Shown in pieces: positions 17,830-30,244 of a stretch of DNA of 64,000 nt. The stretch lies in assembly GCF_000027125.1 (NCBI RefSeq), contig NC_017626.1; one strand, given 5' to 3'. Position 1 is the stretch's first letter. Every line of letters begins with the position of its first letter. Origin of the DNA: Escherichia coli 042 (GTDB lineage Bacteria > Pseudomonadota > Gammaproteobacteria > Enterobacterales > Enterobacteriaceae). The position numbers were made by a program, and so were the translations under genes. Under the pieces are notes generated by a model. The model made no database searches. It had not been told where the DNA came from and was given only the letters and a program-made list of their open reading frames with translations.

Positions 17830-19041
17830 GTGAAAAACAGAACTCTGGGAAGTGTTTTTATCGTGGCGGGAACCACAATTGGCGCAGGCATGCTGGCAAT
17901 GCCGCTGGCTGCGGCAGGTGTTGGTTTTAGCGTCACGTTAATCTTGTTGATTGGGCTTTGGGGGTTGATGTGCTACACGGCGCTATTACTACTGGAGGTG
18001 TACCAGCATGTCCCGGCAGATACCGGTCTGGGCACGCTGGCAAAACGCTATCTGGGACGCTACGGTCAGTGGCTGACGGGCTTCAGTATGATGTTCTTAA
18101 TGTATGCTCTGACTGCGGCATACATCAGCGGTGCTGGTGAATTGTTGGCCTCCAGCATCAGCGACTGGACAGGTATTTCAATGTCGGCAACCGCTGGCGT
18201 GCTGTTGTTCACTTTTGTTGCCGGTGGCGTGGTTTGTGTCGGAACTTCGCTGGTCGATTTATTTAACCGTTTTCTGTTCAGCGCCAAAATTATTTTTCTG
18301 GTGGTGATGCTGGTACTGCTACTTCCGCATATTCATAAGGTGAATCTTTTAACCCTGCCGTTGCAACAGGGGCTGGCACTGTCTGCAATCCCGGTGATTT
18401 TTACGTCGTTTGGTTTTCACGGTAGCGTGCCGAGCATTGTCAGTTATATGGATGGCAATATTCGTAAGCTACGCTGGGTGTTTATAACCGGTAGTGCGAT
18501 CCCTCTGGTGGCATATATTTTCTGGCAGCTGGCGACGCTTGGCAGCATTGATTCAACAACCTTTATGGGATTGCTGGCTAATCATGCCGGATTAAACGGG
18601 CTGTTACAGGCGTTACGCGAAATGGTGGCCTCTCCGCATGTTGAGCTGGCGGTGCATTTATTTGCTGATTTAGCCCTCGCCACGTCATTTCTCGGCGTTG
18701 CGTTAGGTTTATTTGATTATCTGGCAGATTTGTTTCAGCGTTCAAATACCGTTGGTGGACGATTGCAAACTGGTGCAATTACCTTTCTGCCGCCGTTAGC
18801 GTTTGCACTGTTTTATCCACGAGGATTTGTGATGGCGCTGGGTTACGCCGGTGTGGCGCTGGCGATACTGGCATTGATTATCCCTTCGCTGTTGACCTGG
18901 CAAAGCAGAAAGCACAATCCTCAGGCGGGTTACCGGGTGAAAGGTGGTCGTCCGGCGCTGGTGGTGGTGTTTCTCTGTGGTATTGCTGTGATTGGCGTGC
19001 AATTTTTGATTGCGGCAGGCTTGTTACCAGAAGTGGGATGA
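17830..19041 (+). CDS. tyrP: tyrosine-specific transport protein
   Basis: 403-aa polytopic ORF from a GTG start, [33 protein letters not shown]..., recognised as TyrP. Confidence 0.95.
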   Translation: MKNRTLGSVFIVAGTTIGAGMLAMPLAAAGVGFSVTLILLIGLWGLMCYTALLLLEVYQHVPADTGLGTLAKRYLGRYGQWLTGFSMMFLMYALTAAYISGAGELLASSISDWTGISMSATAGVLLFTFVAGGVVCVGTSLVDLFNRFLFSAKIIFLVVMLVLLLPHIHKVNLLTLPLQQGLALSAIPVIFTSFGFHGSVPSIVSYMDGNIRKLRWVFITGSAIPLVAYIFWQLATLGSIDSTTFMGLLANHAGLNGLLQALREMVASPHVELAVHLFADLALATSFLGVALGLFDYLADLFQRSNTVGGRLQTGAITFLPPLAFALFYPRGFVMALGYAGVALAILALIIPSLLTWQSRKHNPQAGYRVKGGRPALVVVFLCGIAVIGVQFLIAAGLLPEVG

Positions 19042-19090
19042 TTAGATCTTATTGGGTGCCAGAATTAACGCTGACACCCAATTTGACCTC

Positions 19091-19756
19091 TTAATGCAGG
19101 CAGCACTGCTTAAATTTCTTACCACTGCCGCACGGACAAGGATCGTTACGACCCGGTTTCTCTTCTGCTTTGATCGGTTGCTGAACAGCTTTTTCCTGCG
19201 GATGCGCCATCCAGTATGCATGTAAATCAAGCGCCGCCAGTCGAATGGCATCTACGCTCTCTTCAAACGCTTCTGGCGACATCTTCTCTACCCGCTCGAA
19301 GTTTTCCTCAGTACCGTGCAGCGCAATCGCCTCCAGCGCCGGTTTTAACGAATCGGGCAACGTTGACCAGTCAGAAAGTGCCACGCCCCGCATATAGCCA
19401 AAGCACCATTCCTCAACAATCGTCAGCTCGCTGCCATCGACTTCTCGCAAACCGAATAACGGCTCAAACTGCTCCGGGAATTCGTTCAGACGCTCTGCGG
19501 TATCGGCCATATGTTGAAAGGCCAGGTTCATAAAGCGCGTCATCTCTTTCTCTGATGCCCAGCGCGGCACATAGTCAGCCCCACCCCACACGGCAACCAG
19601 CCACTGTGCCGGTTCAATCTCTTGCGGAGAACTCAACACCGCCGTCAATAAACCGTCCAGCTCCGCCACATCAAGAATGGCGTGGTCAGTGTTGTATTTG
19701 GTCAGAATATCGTCCAGCCATTCCAACTCACTTTCGTTTAACGGTCCCGTTTTCAT
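19091..19756 (-). CDS. yecA: UPF0149 family protein YecA with C-terminal SEC-C metal-binding motif
   Basis: 221-aa ORF ending ...[19 protein letters not shown] (SecA-like zinc motif). Confidence 0.92.
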   Translation of the reverse strand: MKTGPLNESELEWLDDILTKYNTDHAILDVAELDGLLTAVLSSPQEIEPAQWLVAVWGGADYVPRWASEKEMTRFMNLAFQHMADTAERLNEFPEQFEPLFGLREVDGSELTIVEEWCFGYMRGVALSDWSTLPDSLKPALEAIALHGTEENFERVEKMSPEAFEESVDAIRLAALDLHAYWMAHPQEKAVQQPIKAEEKPGRNDPCPCGSGKKFKQCCLH

Positions 19757-19883
19757 ACGCTTTTCCTTGTGGATCTCAACTCGCCAGCACCTATCTTACA
19801 TGTCGGTCCGTAACAGAGATACTTTTTGAGTGGCTTTGCCGGTGATTAAAAATTAAGGAGGGTGTAACGACAAGTTGCAGGCA

Positions 19884-19912
19884 CAAAAAAACCACCCGAA
19901 GGTGGTTTCACG
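19884..19912 (-). terminator. Rho-independent terminator of the leuZ-cysT-glyW tRNA operon
   Basis: Reverse strand hairpin AAACCACCTTCGGGTGGTTT followed by TTTTTTG, downstream of leuZ. Confidence 0.6.
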
Positions 19913-19951
19913 ACACTGCTTATTGCTTTGATTTTATTCTTATCTTTCCCA

Positions 19952-20038
19952 TGGTACCCGGAGCGGGACTTGAACCCGCACAGCGCGAACGCCGAGGGAT
20001 TTTAAATCCCTTGTGTCTACCGATTCCACCATCCGGGC
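19952..20038 (-). tRNA. leuZ: tRNA-Leu
   Basis: Reverse complement reads GCCCGGATGGTGGAATCGGTAGACACAAGGGATTTAAAATCCC...GGGTTCAAGTCCCGCTCCGGGTACCA (87 nt, long variable arm, CCA end); coordinates approximate. Confidence 0.9.
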
Positions 20039-20050
20039 TCGGGAAGAAAG

Positions 20051-20124
20051 TGGAGGCGCGTTCCGGAGTCGAACCGGACTAGACGGATTTGCAATCCGCT
20101 ACATAACCGCTTTGTTAACGCGCC
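20051..20124 (-). tRNA. cysT: tRNA-Cys (GCA)
   Basis: Reverse complement reads GGCGCGTTAACAAAGCGGTTATGTAGCGGATTGCAAATCCGTCTAGTCCGGTTCGACTCCGGAACGCGCCTCCA. Confidence 0.9.
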
Positions 20125-20178
20125 AAATTCTTCAGGCCTTTCAGCCAGACATCCGCTTGACGCCGATGTCTTTTAAAC

Positions 20179-20254
<76 letters not shown>

Positions 20255-20405
20255 ATTCATCAAGCAATCAGTTAATCACTTGATTTTATTATCGTCTGGC
20301 AATCAGTGCCGCCGTTCGATGCGTTGCATTCTACTTACCTGGCGCGATGAGTCAACGATATTTTTCACCACTTTTGATCGTTTGCTGAAAATTGCGCCGA
20401 AACGA

Positions 20406-20954
20406 TCACTGATCAAGCAAATCTGCACGCGCAGCGCTCAAATATTGCAACATTGACCACAGAGTCAGTACCGCAGCCACAAAGAAAAGTGCAATACCGG
20501 CGTACTCAACCCAAATGTTCGGACGCCACAGCAGCCAGGCCAACGCCACCATCTGGGCAGTGGTTTTCACTTTCCCAATCCAGGAGACAGCCACGCTACT
20601 GCGTTTACCCAACTCCGCCATCCATTCACGTAGCGCAGAAATAATAATTTCACGGGCGATCATCGTTGCTGCCGGTAAGGTCACCCACCAGCTGTGATAA
20701 TGCTCGGTTACCAGCACCATGGCGATAGCCACGAGAACTTTATCTGCCACAGGGTCAAGGAAAGCACCAAACCGGGTACTCTGGTTCCAGCGGCGTGCCA
20801 GAAAACCATCGAACCAGTCAGTCACCGCCGCGACGCAGAAAATGAGCGCGGCGGCAAACGGCGACCAGGTGACAGGCAGATAAAAGACCAATACAAAGAA
20901 TGGGATAAGGATGACACGGAACAGTGTAAGCAACGTAGGGATATTAAATTGCAT
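20406..20954 (-). CDS. pgsA: CDP-diacylglycerol--glycerol-3-phosphate 3-phosphatidyltransferase
   Basis: 182-aa [30 protein letters not shown]... with CDP-alcohol phosphatidyltransferase motif. Confidence 0.96.
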
Positions 20955-21010
20955 AATGACGGGTAACTATCTGTTGTCAGTAAGATTACCCCTATGTTGC
21001 TACAGAGACA

Positions 21011-22843
21011 TCAATGTTTCAACGACCAGAAGATCTTTTCTGCCAGACCTTGCGAAATACCCGGCACTTTTGCAATTTCCTCAACGCTGGCGTTACGTAA
21101 ACCTTGCAAACCGCCCATATATTTCAACAACATTTGCCGACGTTTTGGCCCGACGCCTTCAATGGTTTCCAGGGAACTGGTATTTTTGACCTTCGCCCGT
21201 TTCTTACGGTGCCCGCCAATCGCGTGATCGTGTGATTCATCGCGAATATGCTGGATAACATGCAGCGCGGGAGAATCTGGCGGCAAACTAAATCCCTCAC
21301 CTTCCGGCTCAAAGAACAGCGTTTCCAGCCCAGCCTTACGATCTGCTCCTTTGGCAACGCCAAGAAGCAGCGGATGATTTTTATCCCATGAGACATCCAG
21401 TTCGGCGAAGACATTTTTCGCCTGCGCAAGCTGGCCTTTGCCGCCGTCAATAAGGATCACATCCGGGATCTTACTGTCGTCGATGGCTTTACCATAACGC
21501 CGACGCAGCACCTGATTCATCGCCGCATAATCATCGCCCGGCGTGATGCCAGTAATGTTATAGCGCCGATACTCCGCACGCAGCGGGCCGTTAGCATCAA
21601 ACACCACACAGGAAGCGACGGTTTGTTCACCCATGGTATGGCTGATGTCAAAGCACTCCATCCGCTTCACTTCCGGCAATTTCAACACGCTGGCAAGCGC
21701 GGTCAGTCGCTGGTGAACGGTAGATTGCTGCGAAAGTTTGCTGGTTAAGGCCGTCGCCGCATTGGTGCGCGCGAGTTTCAGATAACGCGCCCGATCGCCG
21801 CGAGGTTTGGTTTGAACATTAATCTTGCGTCCCGCCAGTTCTGAAAGGGAATCGGCGAGCAGCGTTTTATCGCTAAGATTAAAATCGAGCAGGATCTCAC
21901 CCGGTAAGGTGCGCATCTGGCTGCCTTGTAAATAGAACTGACCTACGAAGGTTTCTACCACCTCGCTCAGTTCCGTACCGCCAGGCACTTTCGGGAAATA
22001 GCTGCGGCTGCCGAGCACTTTGCCCTGACGAATGAACAATACATGGACACAAGCCATTCCCGCATCGAACGCCACACCAATAACGTCGAGGTCGTCGCCG
22101 GTATTGGACACAAACTGTTTTTCGGTGACGCGTCGCACCGCCTGAATTTGGTCGCGAATACGTGCCGCTTCTTCAAACTCCAGATTCTGGCTGGCAGTTT
22201 CCATACGGCTAATGAGTTGCGTAAGCACCTGATCATCTTTGCCAGACAAAAACAGGCGCACATACTCGACCTGCTGAGCGTATTCTTCTTCACTCACCAG
22301 TCCTTCAACGCACGGTCCCAGACAGCGCCCTATCTGATATTGCAGACACGGACGCGAGCGATTGCGATAAACACTATTTTCGCACTGGCGAATGGGGAAT
22401 ATCTTTTGCAGTAGCGCCAGTGTTTCACGTACGGCATAGCCATTCGGGAACGGGCCGAAATATTCACCTTTAGCATGCTTCGCACCACGATGCATCGCCA
22501 GACGCGGATGGGTATCGCCACTCAGGAAGATAAAGGGATAAGATTTATCATCGCGTAGCAAAACGTTGTAACGCGGCTGATAGAGTTTGATGTAGTTGTG
22601 TTCCAGCAACAGCGCTTCGGTTTCTGTATGAGTAACCGTTACATCAATTTGCTGGATCTGGGCGACCAGCGCTTCGGTTTTGCGCGAAGCGAGGTTGCTA
22701 CGGAAATAGCTGGAAAGCCGTTTTTTCAGGTCTTTCGCTTTGCCGACATAGATAACCGTACCACCAGCATCGTACATGCGATAAACGCCTGGCTGGCTGG
22801 TTACGGTTTTTAAAAACGCTTTTGCGTCAAACTGATCACTCAC
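21011..22843 (-). CDS. uvrC: excinuclease ABC subunit C
   Basis: 610-aa ORF with N-terminal GIY-YIG ([24 protein letters not shown]) and C-terminal HhH domain. Confidence 0.97.
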
Positions 22844-23496
22844 TGACTTGATAATGTCTCCGCATTACACAGACCATGGCGAATTGCCAGGTGAGTCAGC
22901 TCAACATCGCCATGAATGTTTAGTTTACTGAACATACGATAGCGGTAGCTGTTCACCGTTTTCGGACTGAGATTGAGCTGTTCTGAGATCTCATTGACCT
23001 TCTGGCCCTTGGTGATCATCAGCATAATCTGCAATTCACGTTCAGACAAACTGGCAAATGGGCTTTCTGTTTTTTCTGGTTCGATCTGGCTTAACGCCAT
23101 TTGTTGAGCGATGTCAGAAGCAATGTAACGCTGCCCTGAATAGACAGAACGGATCGCACTCACGACTTCCTGCGGAGCCGCGCCTTTGCTGAGGTAGCCA
23201 GCAGCACCGGCCTGCATGACTTTCGCTGGTAAAGGGTTTTCTGTATGGACGGTAAGCATGATGATTTTGACATCAGCTGTGGAACGCGCGATTTTACGCG
23301 TCGCCTCAAGACCGCCAATGCCCGGCATACTCATGTCCATTAGCACCACGTCAACGGCATTTGCCCGGCACCACTTAACGGCGTCTTCACCGCACGATGC
23401 CTCTCCGACGACTTTTATACCCTTTATATCTTCCAGAATGCGTCGTATCCCTGCGCGCACCAGTTCGTGGTCATCAACAAGTAGAACGTTGATCAA
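22840..23496 (-). CDS. uvrY: response regulator UvrY (BarA/UvrY two-component system)
   Basis: 218-aa [32 protein letters not shown]... with LuxR-type HTH; 4-nt overlap with the uvrC start. Confidence 0.96.
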
Positions 23497-23954
23497 AGGA
23501 ATATCTCCAGAAATAGGGATAACGCTACTGATAGTTAGTCATTCGTATATTAGCGGTTTTTATTGCAACTTTGAAACGTTAAAAATGGTGGGTATTCGAT
23601 TTTTCTCTCGTTTTTGTAAATTCGATTGTCCACAGTTATGGTCACGCCCGTCACCAACGGCTTCCGGGATCGTTTCACTGTAAGCCCTGCGATGAAATGT
23701 GACAAAAATTGACTTTATTCAGCAAAAATGAAAATCAGCCCGCTGAATATGTAACATTAATTAACCCGAACAATACGGGCAAAAAACATTCATGATAAAA
23801 ATATTTATTGGTCATTATATTAACGTATTTTATAGCACTGCCGATATCACGCTCAAAAAACAACCACTGCTATTTTTAGCAAAGCTTATGGTATACTCCG
23901 CCGCCTTAACATTTTTCACCGCAAATTTTCATTGCAACATGACGAGGAAAATAA

Positions 23955-24179
23955 ATGAGTACGCCTGATTTTTCTACTGCCGAGAATAATCAAGAACTGG
24001 CAAATGAAGTCTCCTGCCTGAAAGCGATGCTGACGCTGATGCTGCAGGCGATGGGACAAGCTGACGCGGGCCGCGTGATGTTAAAGATGGAAAAACAGCT
24101 TGCGCTGATCGAAGACGAAACCCAGGCTGCAGTATTTTCCAAAACGGTTAAGCAAATTAAACAAGCCTACCGTCAGTAA
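23955..24179 (+). CDS. yecF: DUF2594 family protein YecF
   Basis: 74-aa [29 protein letters not shown]..., followed by a hairpin plus T-run terminator near 24185..24220. Confidence 0.88.
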
Positions 24180-24245
24180 TATAAAACCGGCTGAGAGCGT
24201 GCCTTTCAGCCGGTTTTTGCATCTGGCACGCAGAAAGAAAAGCGA

Positions 24246-24968
24246 TCAAATTAAGCCAGTAGCGGCCGCGTAACAGGCCACCTGGGTCTTATTTGGTGCA
24301 TTGATTTTTTTCTGCATGTTTTTCTGATGGAAATTGACCGTATTCTCAGAGATTGACAAAATCATCGCTATCTCTGCTGATGTCTTCCCTTCCGCCGTCC
24401 ATTTCAGAATTTCTTTTTCGCGCTTGCTGAAATTCATCTCTGGCGTCATCACTATTTCATCATTTAAACGCATCAGAGCCATCAGACTTTCGCGCACCAG
24501 TAACTGCATTTTTAATTGCAGTTCATCACTAAGAATGGGTATTTCGCGCGTGCTGCAACGGGAAAAGGACAAAAAGCCCAGCGCCCGATTTGGCAGCATT
24601 AAATACTGAGTGACACCGCGGCGTAAACCATGCGCGCGCGCGGCTTCCCATAACGGCTGAGCTTCGCTGAATAAGTCATCATTCCACATTAAATGGCCCT
24701 GACTAAAGTTTTCAGGGTTCAGCACAGGATCAATTGCGAGAAAATTTTTTGCCTGATAATAACTAACCCAAGCCTCAGGGTAATTGGTGTAGAAAGCCAC
24801 TTTAGGTCGCGTGAATGGTACCGGGTGGCGAACACATAACGAATAGTAATCGTACTCCAGCTGCTGAGCCTGAAGCTCTATTTCATGGTAGACCTCTTCT
24901 GCGGCCTCCATCCTCTGAAAACGCAACAGCATCGTGCGACGCCAGCTGAAAAAATCCGTATCCTGCAT
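24246..24968 (-). CDS. sdiA: LuxR-family quorum-sensing regulator SdiA
   Basis: ORF contains MQDTDFFSWRRTMLLRFQRMEAAEEVYHEIELQA... (autoinducer-binding plus LuxR HTH); start trimmed to MQDTDFF (240 aa). Confidence 0.95.
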   Translation of the reverse strand: MQDTDFFSWRRTMLLRFQRMEAAEEVYHEIELQAQQLEYDYYSLCVRHPVPFTRPKVAFYTNYPEAWVSYYQAKNFLAIDPVLNPENFSQGHLMWNDDLFSEAQPLWEAARAHGLRRGVTQYLMLPNRALGFLSFSRCSTREIPILSDELQLKMQLLVRESLMALMRLNDEIVMTPEMNFSKREKEILKWTAEGKTSAEIAMILSISENTVNFHQKNMQKKINAPNKTQVACYAAATGLI

Positions 24969-25197
24969 AGTAAACCGCAACGCCCCTGAGAGTGAGTATC
25001 ATTTATAATGATAATTCAAACTATCACATAAATAAGATTTATATATAATTTATATTATTCAGGCAATGAATTACTTTTGCAAGCCATCGCATTCTCTTAT
25101 GTTATTAATGAGTTATGCTGATTTGTTAAGCACTTTTATTACGCTTGAAATGGCGTCCCGCCCCGACAAGTGAATCGTCGGGGCTGATTTTTTCTTA

Positions 25198-25950
25198 TTA
25201 TTGCAGCAGAAACTTCTCGAGGAACTGGCGGGTGCGAGGCTGCTGAGGATCGGCAAATAACGCTTTTGCGGCCCCCTGCTCGACTATCCGCCCCTGGTCC
25301 ATAAAGATCGCCCGGTCCGCAACATCCCGGGCAAAGCTCATTTCGTGCGTCACAATCACCATTGTGCGCTTTTCCTGCGCCAGCTGACGGATGGTGTTCA
25401 GGACTTCGCCCACCAGCTCTGGATCCAGCGCCGACGTTGGCTCGTCAAACAAAATCACCTCAGGACGCATAGCCAGCGCTCGCGCAATCGCGACACGCTG
25501 CTGTTGACCGCCAGACAAACGACGTGGATAGCTGGTTTCTTTACCTTCCAGCCCAACTTTCGCCAGCAGCTCGCGAGCGCGCGCCGTGGCCTCTTCTTTC
25601 GGTTCGCCTTTGACGATCACCGGCCCTTCAATAATGTTTTCCAGCACCGTACGATGCGGAAACAAATTAAAGTTCTGGAAGACAAACCCGACGTGCTGAC
25701 GCAACTGGCGAATCAGCGATTTTTGCTGACTTAATGAACGTGCAGTATCAATGGTGATATCGCCAACGGTGATGGTTCCCGCTTCCGGTTGTTCCAGCAG
25801 ATTTATGCTGCGTAGCAACGTGGTTTTGCCGGAACCACTTGGACCGATAATTGCCACTACTTCGCCAGGCTTCACCTCAAGGTCGATACCGTGCAGCACC
25901 GTCTGACCATGGAATTTTTTCACCAGGTTCTTAACTTCAATGGCACTCAT
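25198..25950 (-). CDS. tcyN: L-cystine ABC transporter ATP-binding protein
   Basis: 250-aa ORF with Walker A GPSGSGKTT and ABC signature LSGGQQQR. Confidence 0.95.
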   Translation of the reverse strand: MSAIEVKNLVKKFHGQTVLHGIDLEVKPGEVVAIIGPSGSGKTTLLRSINLLEQPEAGTITVGDITIDTARSLSQQKSLIRQLRQHVGFVFQNFNLFPHRTVLENIIEGPVIVKGEPKEEATARARELLAKVGLEGKETSYPRRLSGGQQQRVAIARALAMRPEVILFDEPTSALDPELVGEVLNTIRQLAQEKRTMVIVTHEMSFARDVADRAIFMDQGRIVEQGAAKALFADPQQPRTRQFLEKFLLQ

Positions 25951-26615
25951 TTTGGTTCTCTCTCCTGGCGATTAAGTTGATTCTCAAAATGGTTCTGCAA
26001 CGTCGATAACACTGTCGCCATGATCCAGTAGATGAGCGAAGCCGCCAGATACATGGTGAACACCTCCAGCGTACGCGAGGTAATCAACTGCGCCTGACGG
26101 AAAAGCTCCGGCACCTGGATTGTCGCGGCCAGCGACGTATCTTTTACCAGGCTGATAAAGCTGTTCGACAGCGGCGGCAACGCCACCCGCGCCGCCTGTG
26201 GCAAAATCGCGCGACGCATGGTCTGCCACGGCGTCATACCAATACTGGCAGCAGCTTCCCACTGACCTTTATCAATAGAAGAAATGGCGGCGCGCAGCGT
26301 TTCGGCAGCATAGGCGGCAGTGTTTAGCGACAGACCAATCATTGCTGACGGAATGGGATCTAGTTCGATGCCAAACTGCGGCAAGCCGTAATAGATCATA
26401 AACAGTTGGGCGATGAGCGGCGTACCACGAAAAATAGAGATATAAAAACGCGCCAGCCAGCGCACGGGCCAGATTGGCGAAAGGCGCATCAGCGCGAGAA
26501 TAAACCCTAGCAGTAAGCCAAAAAACATGCCGCCGATACTGAGTTGCAGCGTATACCCAGCCCCTTTCAGCAGGAACGGCAAGGAATCAATAACCAGTTG
26601 TATACTTTCTTGCAT
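25947..26615 (-). CDS. tcyL: L-cystine ABC transporter permease
   Basis: 222-aa polar amino-acid ABC permease ORF; 4-nt overlap with tcyN. Confidence 0.95.
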   Translation of the reverse strand: MQESIQLVIDSLPFLLKGAGYTLQLSIGGMFFGLLLGFILALMRLSPIWPVRWLARFYISIFRGTPLIAQLFMIYYGLPQFGIELDPIPSAMIGLSLNTAAYAAETLRAAISSIDKGQWEAAASIGMTPWQTMRRAILPQAARVALPPLSNSFISLVKDTSLAATIQVPELFRQAQLITSRTLEVFTMYLAASLIYWIMATVLSTLQNHFENQLNRQEREPK

Positions 26616-26629
26616 GAGCGTTTCCGGAG

Positions 26630-28521
<1,892 letters not shown>

Positions 28522-28608
28522 ATTCACCCCGAATGTTGTTATGTCTGTTTGCAGTGTAGAGCCATTGTTTGTAAACACAAAAACAACTCCGCTACATCTT
28601 ATTCTTAT

Positions 28609-29160
28609 TTAATATATATCAGAAGCAGGCAGGCTGGAGGATTTCTGCACAAGTCCGGTACACGTTTGACGCTGATAGTGTTGATACTTCCGTAACGCAA
28701 TGCGGTAATTGTTGGTGCTGGTGGTGGGCAGCCACGGGGCGAGGATTTCATCAAGGAAACCGTCCTGCAGCTGATCGAGGGAAATATTTTGCTCGTGTAG
28801 ATGATTACCCAAACGGCGCAGACGAACGACATATTCACGCACCGTACCTGGGCTCATTTCAGTTTGCTCAAAAAGAAATTGCTTAAAGCCGATAATATCG
28901 AAAAAATCACTTTGCGTTTTGCAATGTAAATCACCGCAGAATCGGCACAATGCCGCCCATGATTTTTGTTCCACTTGCCAGCCATTTTCATCAAGCAGCA
29001 TGTCCAGGCGGGAAATCTCGATTTTATTCACTATTTTGCCGTCGCGAACGAGGGTAATGCGGTCGAGTAATTTACGGCAATGCGCGCAATGAGTCTGGCT
29101 GTGTTTAAAGTCTTTAAGATAGCGGCTTAATGGCCGTCTTTTCAGGTGCTGCACCATCAT
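28609..29160 (-). CDS. fliZ: flagellar regulatory protein FliZ
   Basis: ORF contains MMVQHLKRRPLSRYLKDFKHSQTHCAHCRKLLDRITLVRDGK...; start trimmed to MMVQHL (183 aa). Confidence 0.92.
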   Translation of the reverse strand: MMVQHLKRRPLSRYLKDFKHSQTHCAHCRKLLDRITLVRDGKIVNKIEISRLDMLLDENGWQVEQKSWAALCRFCGDLHCKTQSDFFDIIGFKQFLFEQTEMSPGTVREYVVRLRRLGNHLHEQNISLDQLQDGFLDEILAPWLPTTSTNNYRIALRKYQHYQRQTCTGLVQKSSSLPASDIY

Positions 29161-29205
29161 TAAGAACTCCTGGTAGTCAAAATTAAAGTGCGGCATTTAC
29201 TGACG

Positions 29206-29925
29206 TTATAACTTACCCAGTTTAGTGCGTAACCGTTTAATGGCCTGGCTGTGTAACTGACTGACCCGCGATTCCCCGACCTCCAGCACCGCGCCAATCT
29301 CTTTGAGATTCAGCTCTTCCTGGTAATAGAGGGTTAATACCAGTTTTTCGCGCTCCGGCAACGTTTCGATAGCTTCCATCACCCGCTGGCGCAGATTACT
29401 GTCCAGCAGCTGTTGTAGCGGGTTTTCTCGCTGATGATCATCAGTAACCAGTTCAATGCTATCGCCGTGCTCTTCGCGCCACTCATCGTAGGAGAAGAGC
29501 TGGCTGTTATTGGTGTCGAGCAACATTTGGCGATAATCGGCAATATCGATCCCTAAACGTTCCGCTACCTCAGTTTCCGTGGCGTTACGGCCAAGTTCCT
29601 GCTCCAGTTGCCCTATTGCCTGTGCCACTTCACGCGCGTTGCGTCGCACGCTGCGCGGCACCCAGTCACGGCTGCGAAGTTCATCCAGCATAGCGCCACG
29701 GATACGCTGCACTGCGTAAGTTGTAAATGCCGTTCCTTGTAGGGCGTCATAGCGTTCGACGGCATTAAGTAACCCAATGCCGCCCGCCTGTAGCAGATCG
29801 TCAAGTTCCACGCTCGCGGGCAGTCGAACCTGCAGGCGCAATGCTTCGTGACGCACCAGCGGGACATAACGCTGCCACAGCGAGTGTTTATCCATTACAC
29901 CTTCAGCGGTATAGAGTGAATTCAC
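29206..29925 (-). CDS. fliA: flagellar sigma factor sigma-28 (FliA)
   Basis: 239-aa ORF MNSLYTAEGVMDKHSLWQRYVPLVRHEALRLQVRLP... with sigma-70 regions 2-4. Confidence 0.97.
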   Translation of the reverse strand: MNSLYTAEGVMDKHSLWQRYVPLVRHEALRLQVRLPASVELDDLLQAGGIGLLNAVERYDALQGTAFTTYAVQRIRGAMLDELRSRDWVPRSVRRNAREVAQAIGQLEQELGRNATETEVAERLGIDIADYRQMLLDTNNSQLFSYDEWREEHGDSIELVTDDHQRENPLQQLLDSNLRQRVMEAIETLPEREKLVLTLYYQEELNLKEIGAVLEVGESRVSQLHSQAIKRLRTKLGKL

Positions 29926-29944
29926 GATAAACAGCCCTGCGTTA

Positions 29945-29975
29945 TATGAGTTATCGGCATGATTATCCGTTTCTG
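29945..29975 (-). promoter_or_regulatory. putative sigma-28 promoter -10 element upstream of fliA
   Basis: Reverse strand carries an exact GCCGATAA about 25 nt upstream of the fliA start; -35 match is weak. Confidence 0.4.
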
Positions 29976-30046
29976 CAGGGTTTTTAATCGGACGATTAGT
30001 GGGTGAAATGAGGGGTTATTTGGGGGTTACCAGTAAATTGCGGACA

Positions 30047-30072
30047 GAAAAAACCCCGCCGGTGGCGGGGAA
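30047..30072 (-). terminator. Rho-independent terminator of fliC
   Basis: Reverse strand hairpin CCCCGCCACCGGCGGGG followed by TTTTTTCT, downstream of fliC after the REP elements. Confidence 0.55.
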
Positions 30073-30102
30073 GTACGTTGCTGACAAATTACGCTTCATG
30101 TT

Positions 30103-30136
30103 GCCGGATGCGGCGTAAACGTCTTTTCCGGCCTAC
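30103..30136. repeat. REP (repetitive extragenic palindrome) element
   Basis: GCCGGATGCGGCGTAAACGTCTTTTCCGGCCTAC matches the enterobacterial REP consensus. Confidence 0.75.
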
Positions 30137-30172
30137 AAAAATTAGCAAATTCAATAAATTGTAATTCACCTT

Positions 30173-30201
30173 GTAGGCCTGATAAGCGCAGCGCATCAGG
30201 C
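30173..30201. repeat. REP element, inverted relative to the first (BIME-like pair)
   Basis: GTAGGCCTGATAAGCGCAGCGCATCAGGC matches the REP consensus in opposite orientation. Confidence 0.75.
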
Positions 30202-30244
30202 AATTTGGCGTTGCCGTCAGTCTCAGTTAATCAGGTTAGGACGA

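Noticed and set aside
25150-25197. Hairpin plus T-run on the forward strand between sdiA and tcyN as a possible sRNA terminator
   Set aside because: It lies between the sdiA start and the tcyN stop and is more simply a bidirectional terminator/insulator for tcyN; no evidence of an independent transcript
30103-30201. Palindromic GC-rich repeats between fliA and fliC as a possible mobile element or CRISPR-like repeat
   Set aside because: Only two copies in inverted orientation matching the REP/BIME consensus; these are common extragenic palindromes, not an array
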